A stretch of 63,502 nucleotides of DNA, filler included, from Reticulomyxa filosa (GCA_000512085.1; 19 parts of 19 records of this genome joined end to end with filler, not necessarily neighbours in it); one strand, 5' to 3'; counted from the whole stretch's first letter, positions 1 through 14,129 are shown. The notes: generated by a model not told the origin, from the letters alone. A program made the numbers and translations.

Positions 1-361
1 TAAAAAAATTCAATAACAACAATATTTTAAGTCTTTAATATTTCGTGTTCTTCAAAATAGAAAGATGTATATTATGAATTACTACAAAACAATCGTGTTC
101 GATTCTATACAAAAACACAATACTTGAAATATCTTGCAATTTATTTTTATTTTAGATACAATTTCATTTATTATGCTTTTTAACTCTTTAAAAAACATTG
201 AACACAGCGTTTCAATTTTTTTAAGCGACAAAGTAAATAAACCACATCATTCAATGCTTGCGCTCAATCAAGTCAAACAAGTTCAATATCACTTTACTTT
301 CCTTTTAATCAAACTTTTCAAAAAAAAAATACTTTCATTTCTTATTCGACAAAACAGTAAA

Positions 362-1614
362 TTATCCCCAAATACAAATGTGACCTTTCTCTAAACCATA
401 ACACAAATTCCAATCATATGTAACATTCTTTGAATTTTCTTTCTTTTTCAATACAATAAATTTAAGACAAATTATTCCATCAAATTCTTTATCATATTCA
501 TTACGTCTATCGATCACATACAATTCTTCCTTATTTGATCGAATATCCCAAAAACGAATTGTATCATCATATGACCCAGAACATATCACATTCGAATTAC
601 CAATACTATTTTTTATTACAAATGGTGAATATTCCACACACGTTACACCAAATAGATGTCTATTAAACACTTGAATTTGTTGATCAGATCGAATATCCCA
701 CAAACGAACACTTTTTCAGATGATCCAGATAATATTGTATTTAATAATTCATTTGATCCATATTTTACGCTCAAAATAACATATTCATGTCCTTTGAATG
801 CATTGAGTTGTTTTGTTGTCTCAATATCCCATATCCTAATGGTTCTATCCCATGACCCAGAACAAATTGTATATCCATTTCCACCAATCAGCCAGTATTA
901 TTACTTTTATCACTATTGTTATTCTTGCTTTGAAATGGTGAAATATCAACACACAAAACCCAACCTTTATGTCCATCAAAAACATGTAACGATTTGGAGG
1001 TTTCAACGTCCCATAAATGAATATTATTGTCATATGATCCAGAACACAAATATCTACCACCATTAAATGGTGAAAATTTAATACTACAAATACCAGTGTG
1101 TCCATTAAATATTTGTAATTGTTTATTATGTTTAATATTCCAAAATCGAATTGTTTTGTCCAATGACGAAGAACAAATGACATTTTGACGATGATTATAA
1201 TAATGATAAGGTGAAAACTTCACACAATATACAAAAGCTGAATGTCCATTGAATGATTGACTTTTTTTATTATCAACATTCCATATACGAACTGTTTTAT
1301 CATCTGATCCAGAACAAATGAATTGGTCACCATTAAACGTTGAATAATCTATACTATTTACATAACTTGTATGTCCAGTGAATGTTTTAAGTAATTTTGA
1401 TGATGAACGAAATGTATTAAGCATGAAGAAAGTAGTTGTCTATGTTAGATAAATATTTAAATATTTTTGATTGACAAATCACCAAATGAAAGAAAAAAAC
1501 AAATGAACTTACATAATTGACAACGATCTTGTCAAATTCGTGGATCCATCCTAATTTGATATTTAATATTCGAATCCAATGCTGGATAATTACTTGAATA
1601 TCTTCTTCTTTTAA
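362..1614 (-). pseudogene. WD40-repeat gene (ICSGSxD-type subfamily) with N-terminal cassette exon and two frameshifts
   Basis: Repeats of form GH...ICSGSxDxTIRxWD. Cassette exon 1614-1513, then GT-AG intron 1512-1440. Single-base deletions near 890 and 715 split the frame (pseudogene or read error). First exon not resolved. Confidence 0.85.
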
Positions 1615-2268
1615 CTGTTTCAATCGTAAGTAAAAAACGATAAACAAACAATAAAGAACAAAAACCTAAAGACAAGTTGAACGCAACTTTCATTGATAAG
1701 TTTAAGTTCATTTTTTTGAATTTTTTTGAGATGATCTGGATGACGCAAGGTAAAAAAATGCTTGCTTTTTTAGAGATCAACAAAGGTTAGCGAAAAATTG
1801 AATCAATAAAAGAACAAGAAACTATTCAGTCTATTCATAAACATTTTGCATTAAAGGATTACATAGACAAAGTTGATCCATTTGCTTTTCTTTGTTCAAA
1901 GTAAAGACTTTTACCAATTCACAGATGAAAATAAGGTTTACTTTAAAGTTGATTATTTTCTGACTTTATGATTATATACTTGTTGCAATAAAATAGCATT
2001 TAGCCGATTCTCACTTTATTTATTTTTTTTAAGACAGATAAAAATTGCTTTTCAAAATAACATGCTGCAAGCCGTATTGCAATATTTGGTTTTTTGAGAA
2101 ACCATTTGTTTGCATGGGATTGAATTTAAAAGGTAATAAGAGAATTAACAAACACTTTTTTCTCATTTGCCTTTTTAAAACTGCAGTGAAATTTTTAAAA
2201 ATGAAATGTTGAAGAAAATGAACAGTTTCATAAATTACAATTTGAAGCCATTGATAAGAAAATTGGAA

Positions 2269-2368
2269 NNNNNNNNNNNNNNNNNNNNNNNNNNNNNNNN
2301 NNNNNNNNNNNNTTAATTAATTAANNNNNNNNNNNNNNNNNNNNNNNNNNNNNNNNNNNNNNNNNNNN
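2269..2368. other. Artificial contig-join spacer (N44-TTAATTAATTAA-N44). The same spacer starts at 4390, 6456, 12689, 14030, 15130, 20885, 23454, 27314, 32193, 33473, 34749, 36229, 44103, 46687, 49699, 60772 and 61873
   Basis: Identical 100-nt blocks with an all-frame stop linker. Composition and gene content change abruptly across them. Confidence 0.98.
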
Positions 2369-4360
2369 AATTTCTGCTCTACGTTATTTGCAATCTCTTG
2401 TCTCTGCTTATTGTCATACTCTGGAAATAGATACTCCATTTCATTTATCAAACATTTTTCAATTCCGTTTGAATATTTAGTGAACATCCACCACAAATCT
2501 TGATACTTGGGTGATCCATTTTGGAAATCCTATACATCCATTCAGATAAGCTTACATGTGCCAATTAAAATATATTGAATAATAAATATTTCCCATCCTT
2601 TCTTTTTGATAAAAAAAAGTTATATGCACACCTGCTTAAAATTTTTCCATGTGTGATTCACATCATCAAATACTTTGTTAAAAATAAAAAGAGGTGTTTG
2701 ATCTTTGGTCGATTCATATTGTTTATTGTACTTTTCCCAAATTTCATTAAACATCACACTTTGACTCCGTTCCAATATGATGTTCATTTTTTGTTCATAC
2801 GATTTCAATAGTTGGAGTTCATTTTTGTAATCCTCTTTTACTTTTAAAAATCTTTGCTTTCGCAAACTCTTATTCTGTTGTCCAAGTTCTTTCAATCGAT
2901 CTGACAAATCATGCTCAAATAAATAATCGCTGCGTATACGCTCGAACATGCGAAGTAATTCGAAAAATTGTCGACACTCGTTCACGATTTTTTCTAAATT
3001 TTGTAATGACGGTTTTGAGCCCATTGAACAATAAGAAAAAATATCCTCAATATCTTTCCATTTTTGCATCAAATCTTCATAGACATGAATAGGGAGAAGA
3101 TTGTCCTTTTTGATCAACTGTGTCAACACTTGATTGAAAAACTTGAACAATGGTGACTGCATTGGGTTTTTTTGTTTAAACCACGATCGACATTCAAAGC
3201 AATATTCCAAACTTGAACAAAGGTTTTTACTTGCTGTCTCCACATTTTTTTTATCTAAAACTTCTACTTCCGGAATATTGTTAATTTGATCCAATATCTT
3301 TTGCCACAATTCCCAATTTACTTTTCCAATTTCCTCTGAAGTCCATTTCTTGTTGTTTAGTAATAATTGATCCCTTTCATGTACGCTTTCTATCAAACAT
3401 TGATGATACAATTTGGCCTTTGCAAATGTATCAGAAGACAGCAACTCAATTACTTTGGAGTGAAATGACACATTTTCAGAAGTGTCATTCTTTTCTTCCG
3501 TACCATCTAGCCAATTTTTGAGTGAATCACGGAGTAATTTTGAGAAGAGTTTATCATTACTTATCATACTCGAATTTGCTAATAATTCAATCCAATAGAC
3601 ACGGTTTTTTTTATCTTCTAAGAGTAATTGCAATATATTGCTTGTTAAGCTTTTCATTATATTCGCTTTTTTGTCCTCTTCGCCTTTCTTCGTTATGTGT
3701 TGTAGATTTATTATTGGATGAAAACAAAACAATACAGAGCTGTCAAGGATAAATTAATGAATAAATGTATGCATGAACAAATGACGAAACTGCCCACATC
3801 AGCTGCAATACCCGAGTCAACCCTTGATTTTCAATTCCCTTGTTGGTATTGTTGAGTAATAATTGTACAGTAAGTTCGGTATGCTGAGGACAGCACTGCA
3901 ATAAAGTAACCAAATAACTTTCAATAGAAATGTTAGGATGAGATTCAGTGGTGCGCAAGCACAAGTCGAAGGTGACAACCTCTTCGAAAATCTTTTCGTC
4001 GATTGTCCGTAATTTATCAGCTTTAAAGTTAATGTTTTGCAACATTTTGCTAAAACACACAAATTCTTTTTGTTGAGTGACCCACTTTGACAAGGCCAAG
4101 TAATTGAGACATGGAATTAGCATAAATTTATCAAACGCAGAACAAAGCTCTTTTTCCGTATTATCGTACAATACAGTTCCATCATCATTACCAAATACAG
4201 AGAGATTGTGTACTATGATTTGAAGGACAAAAGCGTGGAGTTGTTCTGCTGACTTCTCTTTGGAAAGGGTATATATCATAACAAAAAATTGTCTTGCAGA
4301 TAACCATTGTCTCATGTCCCACTCTTTCCAAAGTGCACACATGAATAGTGCTTGATACAC
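2369..4360 (-). CDS. Internal fragment of a large helical protein (multi-exon), possibly RNF213/mysterin-like N-terminal region
   Basis: Long ORFs 3743-4360 and 2620-3732, with a further exon below about 2530. The RNF213 resemblance (SxxFxxIW...W...GxxxY) is weak and judged by eye. Confidence 0.45.
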
Positions 4361-4489
4361 CTAGATTCATGATTATTCATTTTTTTTTTNNNNNNNNNNN
4401 NNNNNNNNNNNNNNNNNNNNNNNNNNNNNNNNNTTAATTAATTAANNNNNNNNNNNNNNNNNNNNNNNNNNNNNNNNNNNNNNNNNNNN

Positions 4490-5290
4490 GAAGTATCGCA
4501 GACCCCGTTCATCACCCGCACGCCCAATATGCCGTTTGGTGTGGAAGGCGTCCTGTCGCTGCGCGGCAACATCATTCCGGTGATTTCGCTGGCCAAATTC
4601 ATCGGCTGCGAAACCGAAACCACCACCTACGGCACCATGATCGTGACCGAGTTCAACAAGAGCACACGAGGCCTTCCTGGTGGATTCGGTTGACCGCATC
4701 ATCCGCGTTGACTGGGACAAGGTACGTGCACCGGAAAACGTGATGAGCACCACCCAGCAGACGCTGATCACCGCTGTCACCGAACTGGAAGACGGCAAGC
4801 TGGTTTCCATCCTCGACGTAGAACAGATTCTTGCCAGCGTAGTGGGCGAAACCCGTGTGCCGGATATCCCTTCGGCACAGCTGGAGCAAGACCAGTACGT
4901 GTTCTTCGTGGACGACTCGGTGGTCGCCCGTAAGGAAATCAGCAGCGTGCTGGACAAGATGGGCCTCAAATACCATCAGGCCAACAATGGCAAGGAAGCT
5001 TGGGACAAACTGCAGGTGCTGGCCAACCGCAACTGGTCGGAAAATGAAACCTGCACGATACCCTGAAGCTGATTCTGGTGGATGCCGAAATGCCGGAAAT
5101 GGATGGTTACGTGCTGACCAAGCTGATCAAGTCCGATCACCGCTTCAACGGCATCCCGGTCATCATGCACTCTTCGCTGTCGTCCAATGCCAACCGTGCC
5201 ATGGGTACCAGTGTCGGGGTTGACGCCTATGTGGCGAAATTTGACCCCGCCATCCTTGCAGATACTTTAATTCCGTTCCTGCAACGCTAA
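4490..5290 (+). CDS. cheV: Chemotaxis protein CheV (CheW + receiver domains), 5'-truncated, two apparent frameshifts
   Basis: GVLSLRGNIIPVISL and AFLVDSVDRI (CheW-like); FFVDDS...DAEMPEMDGY...HSSLS...YVAKF (receiver). Frame breaks near 4668 and 5050. Confidence 0.9.
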
Positions 5291-5333
5291 AATAGCGGGT
5301 TAAACACCAAAATATTCGGTCAGGACAAAGCCA

Positions 5334-5723
5334 ATGGCAGATAAAAACCTCCGTTTCCTCGTCGTGGATGACTTCTCCACCATGAGACGCATCGTGCGCA
5401 ACCTGTTGAAAGAACTGGGCTTCACCAACGTGGATGAAGCCGAAGACGGACAGGTCGCCCTGCACAAGCTGAAAACCCAGCACTTCGACTTCATCGTTTC
5501 CGATTGGAACATGCCCAACATGACCGGCATCGAGTTGCTGCGCGCAGTACGTGCTGACGCCCAGTTGAAGCACATGCCCTTCCTGATGATTACCGCAGAA
5601 GCCAAGCGTGAAAACATCATCGAAGCTGCAACTGCCGGTGCCAGTGGCTACATCGTGAAGCCGTTTACCGCCGCGACGCTGGAAGAAAAGATGAACAAGA
5701 TCTTCCAGAACCTGAACAAATAA
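5334..5723 (+). CDS. cheY: Chemotaxis response regulator CheY
   Basis: [30 protein letters not shown]...DWNMPNM...[18 protein letters not shown], 129 aa. Confidence 0.98.
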   Translation: MADKNLRFLVVDDFSTMRRIVRNLLKELGFTNVDEAEDGQVALHKLKTQHFDFIVSDWNMPNMTGIELLRAVRADAQLKHMPFLMITAEAKRENIIEAATAGASGYIVKPFTAATLEEKMNKIFQNLNK

Positions 5724-5766
5724 CATCGATATATCGCGAACATTGAGCGGTTGAGGAGGAGTAATC

Positions 5767-6455
5767 GTGTCTGATCACCTTCTTGAAAGTGGCGACTCTC
5801 CAGAACTGGAAGCACTTTTTGACAGCATTGCAGCAACCCAGCAACAAGCCGCACCGGCAGCTAGCCAGCCCGTAGCGACAGCAGCAGCCCCGGTAGAAAT
5901 GACCCAGGAACAGGTCATGGGCATGTATGCACAGATAGGCCAGATGACACGCAAGCTCCATGACACCCTGCGCGAGCTGGGCTACGACAAATCCCTGGAA
6001 CGCGTGGCCGATGCCATTCCGGATGCCAAAGACCGCCTCAGCTACATTGCCACCCTGACCGCGAATGCGGCAGAGCGGGTACTGAATGCCACGGATATCG
6101 CCAAGCCGATCCAGGACGATCTGCAAGCCCGTGCCGACCAGTTGAACCAGCGCTGGGAATTACTGTTTGCCAACAAGCTCAGTACCGAAGAATTCAAGCA
6201 ACTGGCGCAAGACACCCGTGCTTACCTGAGCCTGGTGCCGAAGCAAACCGATGCCACCAGCAACCAGCTACTGGAAATCGTGATGGCACAGGACTTCCAG
6301 GATCTGACCGGCCAAGTCATCAAGAAAGTCATGGACATGGTCAAGACGCTGGAGTCGGAGCTGCTGACCGTGCTTATCGAGTACCTGCCGGCAGACCGCA
6401 AGATGGACATCAACCCGAGCTGCTGAATGGTCCGGTGGTGAACCCGGATGGCCGC
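5767..6455 (+). CDS. cheZ: CheY-P phosphatase CheZ, 3'-truncated, frameshift near 6420
   Basis: IPDAKDRLSYIA and MAQDFQDLTGQVIKK motifs. GAGGAG RBS before a GTG start. The conserved LLNGP continues out of frame. Confidence 0.95.
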
Positions 6456-6708
6456 NNNNNNNNNNNNNNNNNNNNNNNNNNNNNNNNNNNNNNNNNNNNT
6501 TAATTAATTAANNNNNNNNNNNNNNNNNNNNNNNNNNNNNNNNNNNNNNNNNNNNTTTTTTTTTTTTTTTTTTTTTTTGTTTAGAAAAAGAATGAGTGAG
6601 AGAGAGAGAGAGAGAGAGTACGTTTTATTGTCTGCGTACATGTACGTATACATGTTATTACATTTTATACATACCTTATATATATATATGTATATATGTA
6701 TATGCACA

Positions 6709-7863
6709 GGATATAGAATTACATTTGGGAGGCAATGTCCCTGATGACACACTATCCAAAATAATGGCGTCGCTATTACATCACCAGAGGAGTGAGAATG
6801 GATCGATGGAAGATATGGACAGATATACAGATATGGATACAGATATAGACCTAAAAACTCCGAGGAAAACGGAGCGTGTAAATCACGTGTTGGAAAGCCT
6901 GTCTTTACACGTAGATATTCCCTACAGCTTGAATCGGGTGTCGATCGACCCCGGTGACAAAGACACGCTGTACTCGAGCACCTTTGCGCGTATCATTGAA
7001 CTGATTGATGAGTGCAGCATATTGAATAGCATTGAATTGCGAATCACAAAAGTATTCGACCCAGCCATTCTAAAGCAACTGGTCGAAAGCATTTGCAAGA
7101 ATCCTATGATCACAAGGGTTCAACTCAAACACGTGGACATGTGCGAAGAGCATATCGAAACGCTTACCAAATTATTCGATATCAATTATCGCGGGCTACT
7201 CACATCCAAAACATCCCATTCCTCATCGTCACCACACGAACTCAATCCATCCAACAACGCTGTCGTCAAGTATTATCCTTTTGTTCCATTCATGGATTTA
7301 TTCAGCGTTCTCTTTGGAGAATACAGGTATATCATGTACTTATGTAAAATGTATGTATAAAATATATACATATATATATGTTTATATAACAAAGAAGACG
7401 CGTGGGGCCGAGCCCAAAAGACGAGATGGAAGAGTGTAAAGAGAAATTTCGACATATGATCGACACAATACTGGAAATGATTCCAGCGTATCAGCAATAC
7501 CACCAATGCGTTTTGCAAATCCTAGTAAACGACTTTTTTATGCCAAAAGACTGCGGTATTGTCATTTTTGATTACCTGTTTGGTGATTTGGGACACACGT
7601 TTAATGGCTGGATGTTTGGCTCTTTTGGAAATCGTCGCTTCACTACTGGCGAAGGGAAGCAATGTGGGCCCTTGATTCCTGTTCTCTTGGAAAGTCCCCT
7701 TGATCCTCTTTCCCACCTTGATAATCAAAACTCTTCTGAAAAAAATACGCAACCCTCTTTCATTCCTAAAATGATGACTTTCAATGACTATTTCAAGTAC
7801 AAACATGAGTTGTTGAGAGAAAAGTATCCATGTGATATCGAACTTGATTTTGACATCAGCTAG
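6709..7863 (+). CDS. Hypothetical eukaryotic protein, partial and spliced, with weak RNI/LRR-like character
   Basis: Long ORFs 6596-7360 and 7402-7863 separated by an intron-like (TA)-rich segment. Confidence 0.5.
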
Positions 7864-8617
7864 CTGCATTTTTGTTTGTTGTTTGTTTTTTCCTCTCTTT
7901 TTTTGTTCTACTGAAAATCAAAGTTATTGGTAAAGCTCAACAAAAATCATTCTTGAAAGAAACAAGCCATTGTTTTTTTGTTATGATGACAGTTGTCACG
8001 GTTTGTTTAAAAATTTGTCTTGTTGAGCAATGGCAAATCATTTCGTCTAATTTTGTGCATTTGCACGCAAAAACATTGAGTGAAGCGACTCCAACTCTTA
8101 TTTTTTTTTAAACATTTTTTGTTATGCAAAGATTTCTTTTTGCGAAACGGGAACTTATTGTTCGAAGAAAAAGATTATGTTAGATATGTTTTGCTTGCAA
8201 AACAATATTAAAAAAGTAGATCCTCTCAAACATTAAGTATGACATCTTTTCGGAATTCATGGCGAGAACAAATTTTAACACACATTAATTGTCATAAAAA
8301 GTAAAACCACATTAAAGATTCAAACTAGAGAAAAAAGCGTCAATTTTTTTAATTATGTGAAATTAAAATTCAACAATTTTTAAAATAATCGTTAAGGAAA
8401 TTATTAACGTTCCGTATGAACGTGAAAATCCTAAAAAAAAGCAAATCCTCAACGAACCCAAGAAATTTTTTCCAATATCAAAAAGCAAACCAGTTGAAGT
8501 TCATCATTAACAAAACGAGTATTTCCATTTGGACAAATTAGATGATGCTTTTTCAATATCCACAACAAAACAAAGTATTACAGTACAAAACCAGCAAACC
8601 ACCTCAACTTGATTTCA

Positions 8618-11600
8618 TCAAGTCTGTTGAAATTGCATGAATGCAACTTGTTGTCCCTGTTGTGGGGTGTACCCTTGACTTCCAGGTAACACAAACTGTG
8701 TGTTAGGATATTGTTGTTGCAAGAGTACTTGGTGGTAGTTATGTGGTAAGTAAATTGGTGTTGCTGCAGCATGAGAATTTCCATTTCCATGAATATGGCC
8801 ATTAGATTGTTGTGATTGCATTGTTGTATTTTGATGTGAAGCATTGTTTCCAGACAAATTGTTTGACGTGTGTGCTTGTTGAGATTGTGCCTTTTTTTTT
8901 AAAATTTAGTTTAGTATAGTAAAAAAATTAAACATAAATATCCACAAACCTGTTGTAATTGAATTACTAATTGTTGAGGTATATAATGAGGAAAGATCAA
9001 TGGCTGCGCTGAAGTTGGATTATTGCTGCTTGCACTAGCACCTGTTACAAGATTTCCGTTGATAGCAGGAGCATTATTACTGTTATTCTCACTGCCAGTG
9101 GTTTCATTGGTACTACTTGTAGTATTGTTGGTTTGGGGGTATTCGTATGTGATGACATACGCTGCCATTGTGACATCAAATAAGCGTGATTGTCCAAGCC
9201 TCCATTGACAACTACTCCATTTGGAGTTGAATTTGTCGCATTTGTTGCAGTAGCATTGTTTCTGCTGTCGGTTTTGAGTTGTTGTGCTTGTGTTAATAGC
9301 GGATGATAGTGCGCATACGTGAGGGTTTGTCCAGTGCCAAATTTGAGCAAATTGCTAGCACTTCCGTTTTGCACAGCTGAATTGTAACCTGAAATATGCT
9401 GTGGTACTATTCTATGTGGGTCCGTGCGAGCAACAGCAGTATTGGAATTTGCATTGTTTTCACTTACAGACGTGCTACTGTTGACTCGCCGTAAATCACC
9501 GGGTCCTGAGCCCACCGAGCCACTGCTGCCGCCAACCGTTTTTGCTTGAGAAGTAAACATAGCAGTAGCAAAAGGATGGGCGTTTGCCATCCCCGGATTA
9601 GTTACGCCGTACACCAGGCTATTCCCTCGTGCCTTTACACATTAAACAAACGCAAAATATAACGGAAGATAATGGACCAAAAATATCAAGAGGGAAATAC
9701 CTCGGTGGTTTCATTCTTTTTGTCATTTTTTGCACCCTCTTTTGCTTCTTCCGTGAGGTTCGTGACATTGATATTATCTCCTCCATTCTCTTCATTATTT
9801 TCTTCCGAAGATGCTTCAGTTTCTGTTTTCTTTTTTTTAGTTGCGCGTGGTGTTGCTTTGGCTGCGGTTGCAATCTTCTTGGGCCTTCCACGACGTTTCG
9901 TCGTTTTATCATTGCTCGTCTCATTATTTGGTATATTTTCGGCTTGTGTCATCGTTCCTTGCCCTTTCAATTGTTCAATGCTCATTTTCAATTGACGATT
10001 TTCTTCCATTTGGCGTTGTTGATGAAGGGTTAATTCATTGATTATTGCCTAATGTGCCAACTCCCACCACCACGTCATTTGAAAAAAGGGGGAAAAAGCA
10101 ACACAAAACGAGAAAGATTTACTTATTTATTCCTTCCTTTTCTTATGAGAAACAAAAATAAACATGAATTGCCTCATTTCATTGGAATGAAATCAAAAAA
10201 AAAGAGACCGCAACTATTTTTTCTTGGATTTGTTGCTGCAAATCTTTAGCAAGTTGCCCTTTTGTATTTGAATTTTCTTTTTCTAATTCCAGTTGTTCGG
10301 TCAATTGCTTCATGTTTTTATTCGTTTGCTCCATTTCCGCTTTTGTTTGTTGTAGTGTCTGTTTCATTGTATTTAACTTTTCTTGTATTTCTTCTGTTTG
10401 TTTAATTGCTGCACGTTTTTTCTTTTTTGTTTGATTGTGCTTTATATTCCACTGATCATTGGTCGTTTCCAATTGGGCTATTGTTTCTTCAAGCTTTTCT
10501 TTCTTTTTTGACAAAGCCTCTTTTTCGGTAGTGATTTCTGCATTTTGTTTTTCTAAAAACTCACACTTTGACGTCATATGACTCATTTCAATCTTTATTT
10601 TGTCAATATTGTCCTGTTGGTGCATTAAACACAAACATCAACTCGTGTTTTGGAAAGTAATGTCACACTTTGAAGTAATTGAAACAAAGAAAAACGACAC
10701 AAGATATTTGCTTTCGAAACATCTTTTTTCTGGTACAATTTGGACATTTGTTCGTCACATTTTTTTTTAAAAGTATCCCTTTCGCTGATTAAATCACCAA
10801 TCCGAGTATCTTTTTGCAAAACCTCTTTTGACAACTTTTCGCATTTCGTTCGATAATTATCGGCAATTGATTGATGCTTTTATTATAGTGATTTGTGTGC
10901 ACAATATTGTTTTAAAGTGCAAGTGTCGATTCAATGATGCGAAAAAAAAAAAAAAAATTAAACAAACATATTGCATTCTTTTATTTTTCTCTTGAATTTC
11001 ATTTTCCATTTCGCCAAGCAACCTTGCCGAATCCCTTTCTGTTTTACTGCATTTTGGACACGTTGTCACGACTTCGTGTTTGGTGATGTTTCCGTTTTCG
11101 ACACCACCATTGCTGTTAACATTCTCCATTGAAGCCAAGTTTGTGTGTTTGCTGCTGTCATTGCTGACTGTCTTGTTGTTTGCGATCCCACTTGTCCCAT
11201 CAGTCCAAGGCGGAGCTTGGCCAGAGGGCTGTTGCTGCACGTTGGACATTGGCGATATTGACATCGATGACGACTTGCTATCCGGTAAGCTTTGGGCACT
11301 GCCATTCACGTTCGTGCTCAAATCGCTTTTTGTTTGTGGTGGCGTCGTTCGTCTACGTTTCGACGGCGTTTCCAGCCAGTTATTCTGTTCTCCATGTGTC
11401 CGCTTCACTCCTTGTCGCTATGGCGGTTCATTCACCAAACATTCATTTTTTTTTTTTTTTTTTAAATAAACCCAAGTTTGCCATGTACAATGTATAATGA
11501 AACTATAAACAAAAAAAAAAATTTATAGTTTTTGTTTTTTTTTTTTTTTAAATCCAATTAAAAAAAAAAAGTATACGTACTTACACAAAATGCAAAACTG

Positions 11601-12166
11601 TTTCGCGATGAATTTGTAATTTATATTCTCTGGTGCACACAAAACATAAATTCTTTCCGCCCAACTTATCCGTGGAATTATCGTCTTTTTTCCATGCGCA
11701 TCGCTTATGGCAGTTGTCACATTCCATTGGTTCGCCAAACCGCTCTTTGTGATTTGCGCAGTGACGGCATACTTCTTCGTTAAATGCTGACTGCAATTCA
11801 CATATTTTGCAGCTGTTAAGATTTCGGTCAAATGTCAATTTTTTTTTTTTTTTTTTTTTGGCCAAATCATAAAACGGGCAAAGGGGGGAAGGAGGGGGGA
11901 AAAAAAAAAAATTTGTGTACGTAAAAAAAAAAAAATTTAAAATGGTATTAACTTTTGGGTGGTCCACACTTCTCCAAAGATTCTTGGCATTTCCAACATA
12001 CATCTTTGCTGGAAACATCATGATCCAATTTGTGAAAATCTTTTTTGCAATAACCACAATACACACGTCTCAGTCTTCGAATACACGTTTTGCAAATTTT
12101 TTCGGGACACTTGTGAAGACTATCAATTTCCACTTTGAAACAATTTCGACATAACCGGTTCTCCAT
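8618..12166 (-). CDS. FAM76-like protein: CxxC-rich N-terminus, coiled coil, AT-hook, low-complexity N/Q tail (multi-exon)
   Basis: CGYCKKDF...CWKC..GPPK/CKIC..SAF...CRHC...ERFGEPMECDNCHKRCAW...GGKNLCFVCTREYK matches the FAM76 cysteine pattern. Downstream same-strand exons give a coiled coil and KRRGRPKK. Joining of all exons is inferred. Confidence 0.8.
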
Positions 12167-13048
12167 TGGTTACCAAAATATCATGAGCAGCGAACAAATT
12201 GTTCCAAAGCTAAACAAAATTAAAAGACACACGAAAAGTTTTTCAACTTTTTTTCGAACAAGACGCCACCTTTGTACTACGACAGTGACCAATCTAAAAC
12301 TCAGGCAATATACTAATAAAATAGGTCTGCATAATTTTTGTGCACAAAAAATTGATACACTGTGTTTTAAAACAAGTTATGTTTACACCTGTGCATTATT
12401 TTAAAAAACTAACGGCAATTTTAGTCAAGTATCTAAAAGAAAAGCATCATTTCATATATTATCTCAATATTAAATAAAATACATACTTTTGGTTTCTTTT
12501 CCCTCAATTGATTCCACTACAGAATTGATGGATATTATCTTTGTTCCCAACCAAGAAAAGGGGCATTTCGAAAATGACGTGTACGTGGGTTTTTTTTAAG
12601 ACTTTTTTTCGTGAAACATCTCTCTTATTTGTCATACAAATAATGCTTTTTCCAAGTTGGCAGAGTCTCATACCCAGTGATGTTTTGGNNNNNNNNNNNN
12701 NNNNNNNNNNNNNNNNNNNNNNNNNNNNNNNNTTAATTAATTAANNNNNNNNNNNNNNNNNNNNNNNNNNNNNNNNNNNNNNNNNNNNAATTTTTTAGCT
12801 TTGATAATTTTTTTACGGTTCCACAAGTATTTATCGAAACAGCAAACACCAAGTAGAAAGGATAAGAAATGGACCACGTTCTTGGTTAAAACGAGGAAAA
12901 ACAGAGTGTATACTATTTGCAATGGAGTTTCGATCAGATCGATTAACGTGATAGTCACAGATGAAAATATAAATAGATTAAATAAATTAAAGAAATTACA
13001 AGAAGAAACACAAAACCAAAAAACAACATTTTAAAAATTGTATTATGA

Positions 13049-13942
13049 TTAGTTTTCTGTCATGTGTTTTTCAATATCATTTTGAATGAAATCAACCAAT
13101 TGTTGTTTTCTTCCCCATTCTGTAGTCAAATTATTTTCCCTCAGGTACATGTTCAATTTGGCGACAGTCAATGTGGACAGCTGTTTGTCAATATGAATTT
13201 GCATGTAACTTGATTGAAAAAAAAAAAAAAAGAATAATAACAACAAGGATAAAAAAAGTAGCTTAACGTTATTACGCAAAGCCAAGAAATCGACATCTTG
13301 AACTTTAAAAACCCGAGGGCAGCTCTTTACTATATTTCTGTTACCAGAAGCGCCAAGCGCAGCAATAGCATTACCAAACGTATCACTTTTCTGCTCGTTC
13401 AAGTTGCACTCGTTGTGTCTACCAGCAAGACGGCGTAACCTCCTTGCTCCTCTCTGCAATGCAATCATTTCAAAAAAAATTAAAACAAATGAACAAATTT
13501 CACCAAGATTTCAAACAAAACAAAACAAAATCTAACATATTCTCTGTCAGGGGCTTCCGTCTTGACAGCATGGGAATAAGTGTCAGACAGCGCCTTGGAT
13601 GTCTCAGGATTGTCGGTGTGATCAAGATTGGATACCAAAGACAGCCGTGCAAGTTGTCGGAGCTGAGAACAGTCAGAGAACATATATTTCACATCGGCGT
13701 CATTTGGCTTACGAAGCAAATAAAGAAAACAAGAAACGGGATTAGGAGAAGAAGGAGAAAAAGAAAACTGGTAAGTCTGGTTTGGGTTGTGTTGTTTCTT
13801 GATTATTTTGATTAGCGTAGTATTTGGTATTACTTTCATTGTCGTGTGTCTTGTGTCTGTTTGTGTTTCCTATCAATTCGACAAAGCCAGGCCAAGTTTC
13901 ATTGCGAATGCAATACTCATAGCAGCGCGTGCTTTCTCCCAA
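13049..13942 (-). CDS. Hypothetical protein with C-terminal SAP domain (spliced)
   Basis: LSTLTVAKLNMYLRENNLTTEWGRKQQLVDFI fits the SAP consensus. Upstream exons are separated by T-rich introns. Confidence 0.6.
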
Positions 13943-14129
13943 TTGAATTTGATCTTTCTTTAAAAAAAAAAAAAATGAAAATTAAAAATTGCAAAAAACA
14001 TTTTAACAAATGTTCATAAATTTTTTTTTNNNNNNNNNNNNNNNNNNNNNNNNNNNNNNNNNNNNNNNNNNNNTTAATTAATTAANNNNNNNNNNNNNNN
14101 NNNNNNNNNNNNNNNNNNNNNNNNNNNNN

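Noticed and set aside
4660-5070. Programmed frameshifting in cheV or cheZ
   Set aside because: No slippery heptamer or stimulatory structure seen; read error is simpler.
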